DNA of 64,000 nucleotides from a virus (Duplodnaviria; Heunggongvirae; Uroviricota; Caudoviricetes): IMG/VR virus record IMGVR_UViG_2721755660_000001; one strand, 5' to 3'. Shown piece by piece: positions 58,016 to 64,000 of this stretch (position 1 is its first letter; each line of letters starts with the position of its first letter). The notes under the pieces were generated by a model. It saw only the letters and a program-made list of their open reading frames with translations, ran no database searches and was not told where the DNA came from. The position numbers and the translations under genes were made by a program.

Positions 58016-58663
58016 TTAAAGATTTACGTTGAAACCAAAGCGGGAAGACTTTTCCGATGTGCGGGAAATATCCAGCAATTTACGGCGCATTTCTTCCGTC
58101 AGATGCTTGAAGGCGTTAAATTCGGCGACAGCGGCGTCAACGTTATAGCCTTTGCTGTGTAGCTCATTGAGGATGCGCATAGTTGGGCTTGGCATATCGA
58201 AGAGCACGGAAGCATCAAGGCTGATAACCTTGCGATCAACATAGTTCATCGTGGCGTAGGGGTGATGCTCTGAAAACCACGACAAAGGGAAATTGATATT
58301 CATCGCAGGAGAAGACAGGGCCAGTTGTTTCTGTTCCCATAGTTGTTTTTCCATGCGATCGAATTCAGCAATGTAGGCTTCCTTGAATGCAGCTGCTTTT
58401 TTGCCGGTGAAGCCCATCACCAGAAAAACGAAGCCGTTTTTGGTGATTTGGTACATTGGGAGTTTGCGCCCGGTTGAGTCGGTGTATTTACTCGACACAA
58501 AATTGTGTTCAGTAAATTCAATCGAACATTCCAGATTGCGAACTTTATCAATTACACGTTCGTGTCGTTTGTCAAAGAAATTTGCAATAGCAACAGATGT
58601 TGTGACGGCACGACCATTCTGAATGGTGATTTCAGGTTGAGAAAGGGCAGGGATAGTAGCCAT
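58016..58663 (-). CDS. Rha-family phage regulatory protein
   Basis: N-terminal Rha-like segment (TTSVAIANFFDKRHERVIDKVRNL); AAGGAGG RBS at the internal ATG; long leader upstream. Confidence 0.6.
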   Translation of the reverse strand: MATIPALSQPEITIQNGRAVTTSVAIANFFDKRHERVIDKVRNLECSIEFTEHNFVSSKYTDSTGRKLPMYQITKNGFVFLVMGFTGKKAAAFKEAYIAEFDRMEKQLWEQKQLALSSPAMNINFPLSWFSEHHPYATMNYVDRKVISLDASVLFDMPSPTMRILNELHSKGYNVDAAVAEFNAFKHLTEEMRRKLLDISRTSEKSSRFGFNVNL

Positions 58664-59475
58664 AATGGCAGCCTCCTTGATTGGTGATTGAGAACCACCG
58701 CAGGAGGTCCTAAGCTCGCTGGCGGTGGACTGTACAGGGTTAGGACTACTGGCAATCAAGGGAACCAGCCCGACCGAAGTCGGCCCCATACAGCCCACCA
58801 TTGATAAGATGTGCGTGTATGTCGATACAAAAAAAGACGCTGGCGCGTCTGTATCGCCTCGATTGTCAGCGGGGTCCTAATCCCGACACCCGTTTTATGA
58901 GGTGCTCGCCCAATATAGCCCCGACATCACACGCAGTCAATACCGTCCTTTCTCGGAAATGCTTTGGCGATGTGGCAGGTGGGAGACCCATTTCGACCCG
59001 ATTCGGCCTACTTATCTTCAGCAATAGTCCCTCGGGCCTCGCCGCTTTACGTGCGACATATTCCCGTCCATGAACCCTTCACCACACCCCAAAACATTCC
59101 CTGTATTGGTCAGCGCCAACTTCCTGCCAGTGTTGCCCGTTCTCACGCCGTTCTCGCTCTCGCGCGGGGATACTCTCTCATCGACCGGATCGCACCCGAT
59201 GATACAGCACGTTTACGTGTAGGGGTCTAAACAGGTCATTGACGCTGTAAAGCTCCAGATTGTTAAAGAGCATTTTGCGGCGGGTTAAGTCGCGCCGTAC
59301 GACTGATTTATGTAGCCCTGTGTAAGGGCGCGATGTTTCTGGCTTGAAATAAATATAACTTGCGGTGATTTTTGTGTAAATACCGTTGGTGGTTATTGTG
59401 GGCAAGAAAATATTACTTAACTGATTTTTAAAGTGATTTATTTTTGAAGGGGACAGATAGCAGGAGGGGATATGC

Positions 59476-59502
59476 AAAGAAAAACCCGGCGCATGGGCCG
59501 GG
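59476..59502 (-). terminator. Intrinsic terminator downstream of the cI/R-M operon
   Basis: CCCGGC-GCATGG-GCCGGG hairpin flanked by an A-run on the + strand (T-run for the minus-strand transcript). Confidence 0.5.
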
Positions 59503-59522
59503 CTATTTATCTGGTCCTGTAC

Positions 59523-60476
59523 TCATTCAGTAGAGTAGGGGCCAAGAAATCGTACTCCGTTGAAGTGAATAAGATGAGAAGGTGCATCAGCCACCCATAC
59601 CTCTGTTTCCCATGCGATTTCACCAAGATATCGTCCCATGATGGAGCGATTTGGAAAAGCGGTCACATAGACAAGTCCGGCTGTTGATCCGGCAAACAGC
59701 CTGGCAAGCTCAGCATGCCGCTTCCCATCAACCGGTCCATGACTGGTGACAGACTCAACCAGTAGCAGCCAGTTTTTCGCAGTAAAATGTAGCACCACAT
59801 CTGGCATTTTACCGTGTGAATCCACATCAACACCTAGCCCGGCCAGCAGTGGAGCGTCGAAGTAGCCCCACTTTTCGCCAGTGTCGCCAGCATAGACCAG
59901 CACGCTACCCGGAGCAAAACGTGGGGCGAAGTCCTCTATTATGGCACGGATAAGTTCGCTGTGCTCGCCGGGACTGAGGGTTATTTGCTGGCCCGCAGCA
60001 ATTTCAACAGGGATACGATTCTGTTCGCGCTCCTTAGCATAGCGGGTAACCAGCGTTTCACGCTCGGCTAAATAGGTTGCAAGGCTATCGTGCCATGCCG
60101 GGCTGCCGAAAGTGCGTAGCATGGACAGAGCAGCAGGTTCGATCTGATAAACAGCCTTCGGGCTGTTCACTGGGCGATCGGGCTTGTCCGGATTGTAGAG
60201 GGCTACTCCAGCAGCGCAGAACTGATGCATAGACTGGCGGCGGAATGTCTCACGAGTATTGGGTGCGTAGACCTTGCCGTAGTGCTCCCGAACCCAATTC
60301 ATGATTGGTGTAATGCCCACAAGCGGATTTTCCGCGTCGGCCCATGCTTTTCCCGGTGTGAGGTTCAGGAGTGCCAGCAAACACAAAGCAGAACGCTCAT
60401 TCTGCTGCGCTCTGGGCAGGCCTAAGGATGCTATAATTTGCTGAGCGGCCTCAATATAATCATTTTGGTTGTTCAT
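59523..60476 (-). CDS. Type II restriction endonuclease, BsuBI/PstI family
   Basis: 317 aa; resembles the recalled BsuBI/PstI REase family; overlaps the methyltransferase stop by 4 nt. Confidence 0.7.
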   Translation of the reverse strand: MNNQNDYIEAAQQIIASLGLPRAQQNERSALCLLALLNLTPGKAWADAENPLVGITPIMNWVREHYGKVYAPNTRETFRRQSMHQFCAAGVALYNPDKPDRPVNSPKAVYQIEPAALSMLRTFGSPAWHDSLATYLAERETLVTRYAKEREQNRIPVEIAAGQQITLSPGEHSELIRAIIEDFAPRFAPGSVLVYAGDTGEKWGYFDAPLLAGLGVDVDSHGKMPDVVLHFTAKNWLLLVESVTSHGPVDGKRHAELARLFAGSTAGLVYVTAFPNRSIMGRYLGEIAWETEVWVADAPSHLIHFNGVRFLGPYSTE

Positions 60477-61942
60477 GCAGTCAGAGCTCCTAGCTTAGCG
60501 TCAATATGTTCTTGCGTGAGAGTTTCTTGTTGCATAGCCCACTTGCCAAGCTCTATCAGAGTGTCACGGCTTGGGTACTTAATCATCTTGAGGTCGGTTG
60601 CATTGACCTGTGTATGCCCGTTGAATCGACGGAAATACTTATCCACTGCGGTAGTGTTCAGGAACACGGCCAAGCCACGGGCCAGCGCCTCGGGTAACCC
60701 ATGTTTGTTCTCATGAAACACGTTCATGTGATTTTCAAATCCCAACACTGAATACTCACTGAAGGTAGCAGGATCAACGACGCTTGCTACCACTCGGCGC
60801 TTTTCCTCCTTCGACGAGAAACGACGCACCACACAATAAAAACCGTTCGGGTAAAGCCACTTTTCTGTCTCGTCGTTGCGCATGATTGCGTTGGGTTTCT
60901 TCAAACCTTCCACAGGCCAGACAGTGCTACTCATACTCAAATGGCTCGGGTAGATCAGGGGAACAGTTCCTTCTTCGGGCATGCTGCGCAAATGAGCTTT
61001 CAGTCGGAAATCAACTATCGGTCCGGTCGATACCTTCACGCCAATATCAGCCAGCGAACATTGTACGGCGGATGATAACTCAATGGCGCTTTTCTCGTGC
61101 GTGGTCGGCACATGAATAAACCGCTCCGAATCGTCCGGGTACACAATTTGGTCAAATGGGTGTTCGTAGGTGACCAGGTCAAAAAAGCTATCATCGGTCG
61201 AAGTTGTGACTGTAACAGCCTCCTGAAGGCCTCCACGCTCCAGGCGGATGATAATATTTTCCTGCAACACATCGTCATCCCTGAAAGCTTTGCTACGTGA
61301 TTCGAACAAATGAATATGGCGGATTGCTGCCCGCTCAAGTATGAAATTACGGAACGGACGGTAATACGGTCCGTTGCAGAAACTACGTGGGATTATGGCC
61401 ACTATCTGCCCGCCAGGTGCAACCTCACCTACAGCCAGTGCAACAAAGGCGGAATACAGATTTACCGTCTCGATACCGACAGTGCGAAGAGCCTGCCGGT
61501 GGGCTGACTGGCTATTGATCTTCTTGTAAGGCGGATTAAGTATTGCATGGGTATAACCTCGATCCTGTAGACCTTCGGCGGTTGCCAGCTCAATATAATC
61601 CCCTTCGATGATGCGGGGCGTCACTCTCCTGTACCCGGTTAAGTGCTTCGCAAGGTGACCACACAGCTTTTTGTCTATTTCGTAGGCTGTTGCCTCGACA
61701 GACTCAAAGCCAAACTCGCCAACCAGCCAACGGTCGAGGAAGGCGCAAGACAGTGCGCCTACACCAGCGCCTGCGTCCAGTAGACGGCAAGTTTTCATTG
61801 TGCTCGGTGGAAACAAGGAGGCCATAAAACGGGCCACGCCAGAAGGCGTCATGAACTGGCCGAACTCAGCTTTGTGTTTACGCGCGGTACGGGGAGACAG
61901 CTCGCGACGCACGCTGTCTGCGACGTCTAGCTTTTGAAGCAT
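60473..61942 (-). CDS. N6-adenine DNA methyltransferase (gamma-class, M.PstI-like)
   Basis: Motif I LDAGAGVGAL followed by motif IV NPPY; 489 aa; co-oriented and overlapping with the REase. Confidence 0.8.
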   Translation of the reverse strand: MLQKLDVADSVRRELSPRTARKHKAEFGQFMTPSGVARFMASLFPPSTMKTCRLLDAGAGVGALSCAFLDRWLVGEFGFESVEATAYEIDKKLCGHLAKHLTGYRRVTPRIIEGDYIELATAEGLQDRGYTHAILNPPYKKINSQSAHRQALRTVGIETVNLYSAFVALAVGEVAPGGQIVAIIPRSFCNGPYYRPFRNFILERAAIRHIHLFESRSKAFRDDDVLQENIIIRLERGGLQEAVTVTTSTDDSFFDLVTYEHPFDQIVYPDDSERFIHVPTTHEKSAIELSSAVQCSLADIGVKVSTGPIVDFRLKAHLRSMPEEGTVPLIYPSHLSMSSTVWPVEGLKKPNAIMRNDETEKWLYPNGFYCVVRRFSSKEEKRRVVASVVDPATFSEYSVLGFENHMNVFHENKHGLPEALARGLAVFLNTTAVDKYFRRFNGHTQVNATDLKMIKYPSRDTLIELGKWAMQQETLTQEHIDAKLGALTA

Positions 61943-62036
61943 AACTAATCCTCTTTACGTGGCATGATGATGCCAACGTGCTTTTGACATCCTCCACATT
62001 CTGCAGGCGTGAAGGATGTCAAATCACTCTGTGAGC

Positions 62037-62750
62037 TCAATCAAAAGTCTCATCATTCCACTGCGATTTGATGACCTTTCCGACAAACTGGCAGTTTTCG
62101 TTACACTCAATCATGTCGAATCGTGGGTTGAGCGGCTCCAGGTACGCTTTACCGCTCTCACGAATGAATCGTTTGAAGGTAAATTCATCGCCGTTCATTC
62201 GGGCCACGCAAAAATCGCCATCCTCGATTTCCCGTTCAGGGTCAACGAGTATCAGCATACCTTCAGGGAAGCTGGGTTTACCACCCTGCGGTGCGGTCAT
62301 TGAATGCCCCTTGACCTCCAGCCAGAACGACCTGTCACTGGCTTTTGTGGTGGTGGAGATCCATTTAATCGCATCTTTTGCGGTGTACGAAATATCATCC
62401 ATTGAGAATGCGCCAGCTTGTACGCAGGAGAGTAACGGATATTCGTAAGCGGGGACACGAGTTAATGGCTCTTCAATTGCGAGCGCCATTTCTGCAATAG
62501 ATTTTGCCAGGCTGGGACTGAAATCTCCGACCTTTACATTCAGTATCTTAGCAAGCTGTGCTGCGTGGCTGGCATTTATGGCGTTGATGCCAGCCATTAG
62601 CTGATTAACAGCGCTTTGGGTAACACCTAATTCATAGGCTAATGATTCCTGCGACAGGCCTAACTCTTTCTTTTTAGCGTTAAAAATACTTTTCAGACGC
62701 TTGGCGTCTTCCAGTTGCTCAGGGGTTAACGGTTTCTTTTTCATGTTCAT
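62037..62750 (-). CDS. cI: Lambda CI-like repressor
   Basis: Alignable to lambda CI over the full length, including the S24 domain ([12 protein letters not shown]...MLILVDPE...FTFKRFI). Confidence 0.88.
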   Translation of the reverse strand: MNMKKKPLTPEQLEDAKRLKSIFNAKKKELGLSQESLAYELGVTQSAVNQLMAGINAINASHAAQLAKILNVKVGDFSPSLAKSIAEMALAIEEPLTRVPAYEYPLLSCVQAGAFSMDDISYTAKDAIKWISTTTKASDRSFWLEVKGHSMTAPQGGKPSFPEGMLILVDPEREIEDGDFCVARMNGDEFTFKRFIRESGKAYLEPLNPRFDMIECNENCQFVGKVIKSQWNDETFD

Positions 62751-62845
62751 ACCATATCACCTTTGGTTATATGTAATGAAATATCTGCGGTGTTGACATT
62801 TTAATAACTGTGCGTAATGATATGGGCATTTTGAAGGAGTCAGTT
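62751..62845. promoter_or_regulatory. oR/pR-pRM region between cI and cro
   Basis: Lambda-like operator dyad TATCACCTTTGGTTATA (62755..62771) and a TTGACA -35 box (62793..62798) with a TAATGA -10 candidate 16 nt downstream, facing cro. Confidence 0.55.
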
Positions 62846-63049
62846 ATGGCGATGAAAAAAGAGACCCTGGCTGATTACGTATACAGGTTCGGTCAGAAGA
62901 AAGCCGCTAAGGACTTTGGTGTGGCGCAGAGCGCGATCAGTAAAGCGCTTCTTGTCGGACGTGAAATTTACGTCAAAACCTTTGATGACGGCAGAGTTGA
63001 GGCGGAAGAGGTTCGACCGTTCCCTGCGTTCGTAAGAGGCGATGATTAA
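62846..63049 (+). CDS. cro: Cro-like repressor
   Basis: Matches lambda Cro ([28 protein letters not shown]...EEVRPFP); AAGGAG RBS 7 nt upstream. Confidence 0.72.
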   Translation: MAMKKETLADYVYRFGQKKAAKDFGVAQSAISKALLVGREIYVKTFDDGRVEAEEVRPFPAFVRGDD

Positions 63050-63079
63050 TCCTGGACACACAGCCCATCGGAGGTGTGA

Positions 63080-63361
63080 GTGAACAGGCAAATCAAAATG
63101 GTTATGCCCGAGCAGTACTGTGATGCTGATCGGGACTGGATACAGGAGCAATTGTTACAGCTAGACCCGACCACCCGGGTAAAAATTGCAGCAGAGTACG
63201 CGAGAGTGTACCAGGAAGAGTGGGACAAGGAGCCTGTATCGTTCAGGAAGGGCAACAGGGCAAGACGGAGCGCCAACACCCGGTTACGGGTGTATGTCCA
63301 GAAGTACGCGAGAGCCAGCCGTGGCTGGATGCTTTCGCCAGTAGCGATACGGAAGGAATAG
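63080..63361 (+). CDS. Hypothetical early-right protein (cII-position)
   Basis: 93-aa ORF, GTG start after GGAGG; no clear similarity to lambda CII. Confidence 0.45.
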   Translation: MNRQIKMVMPEQYCDADRDWIQEQLLQLDPTTRVKIAAEYARVYQEEWDKEPVSFRKGNRARRSANTRLRVYVQKYARASRGWMLSPVAIRKE

Positions 63362-63582
63362 ACCTCATCAAGGTGATTATTTTTTGTGAAATAATTTCAT
63401 GTGAAATTATTTGGCTTGAAATTTTACTAAGAAGGGGGTAAGGGGGCAGATCTGTAACATCCGTGCCCGTAAGGGCACTACCAGAGGAAGGCAGCTCCAT
63501 AGGTTAGGTAGATCACTGTATAGGGCGCGATAGTTTCTGGCGAAATTATTATTGTGCTAACTATCACAGTGGAAATAGTACC

Positions 63583-63969
63583 ATGTTCATCAAACATGTG
63601 GTTATCAGCCTGCTCGGAAACAAATTCTACACCGGAAAAGACAAGGTCACGTTTGATTATGTGCTGGCTGCCAAATTGCGTGATGCCGGACTGGCGATCG
63701 AACGTAATTATCTGGTTGATATGGGCAACGGTAAGCGCGGATTCGTCGATATCATGGTCGTTGCCCCATCTGGTGAACGGTGCGCGATCGAGGTGGACAG
63801 AGCGTCACCACGGGCACGTTCAATACTGAAACTGCGCAGACTCAAGCTATACGGCATTCCTGGTATCGTGCTTCTGCGCTGTTCACGTAATCCGGATCAA
63901 TACGTTAGCGATGAGATCGACGTGATCCCGGCAACGGGTAAATCACGTAGCAAGGGGGCGTCATGCTGA
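63583..63969 (+). CDS. Hypothetical protein (possibly nuclease-fold)
   Basis: 128-aa ORF following a structured non-coding region; weak D...E.D...K pattern only. Confidence 0.4.
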   Translation: MFIKHVVISLLGNKFYTGKDKVTFDYVLAAKLRDAGLAIERNYLVDMGNGKRGFVDIMVVAPSGERCAIEVDRASPRARSILKLRRLKLYGIPGIVLLRCSRNPDQYVSDEIDVIPATGKSRSKGASC

Positions 63970-64000
63970 AAATAATCCCAAACTTTGCTCAGGAGCGCGG

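Larger units (their letters stand above)
48053..64000. mobile_element. Prophage 2 (lambdoid, partial in window; left att site unresolved, right end beyond window)
   Basis: Second integrase, AlpA-like gene, Exo/RecT, Rha, R-M pair, cI/cro and early-right genes in lambda-like order running to the window edge. Confidence 0.7.

Noticed and set aside
59178..59477. 99-aa minus-strand ORF in the prophage 2 leader as an N-like antiterminator.
   Set aside because: No Arg-rich motif, poor start context, lies within operator-like DNA; more likely non-coding.

Overview
The window looks like an E. coli-type chromosomal segment: the end of the sucrose (csc) locus (cscB, 1..1248), then two adjacent prophages flanking the tRNA-Arg(CCU) gene argW (47858..47932, minus strand). 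Prophage 1 (about 1690..47872, ~46 kb) is a complete-looking lambdoid phage of the KplE1/CPS-53 type integrated in the 3' end of argW. It is bounded by a 15-bp direct repeat (TGGTGTCCCCTGCAG), with a TorI-like excisionase at one end and an IntS-like integrase at the other. It carries Exo/RecT, CI/Cro, O-like and DnaB-like replication genes, ninB/E/G, Q, a lysis cassette, packaging, head and tail genes, and an SGNH-esterase tailspike. Next to the integrase sits an AT-rich operon of two AT3 acyltransferases around an SGNH lipoprotein, plus an SOS-box-controlled UmuD'-like gene. Several AT-rich moron genes with their own terminators are scattered through it. Prophage 2 (from ~48053 to past the window end) begins on the 5' side of argW with a second P4-type integrase and an AlpA-like regulator. 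It holds a second Exo/RecT module, a Rha regulator, a PstI/BsuBI-family type II restriction-modification pair directly downstream of a lambda-like cI, and cro. The strongest candidates for something new are the acetyltransferase operon paired with the esterase tailspike, the unknown genes in the immunity-adjacent and nin-region slots, and the recurring moron cassettes. All calls rest on reading the sequence and recalled family signatures; no database search or computation was run.
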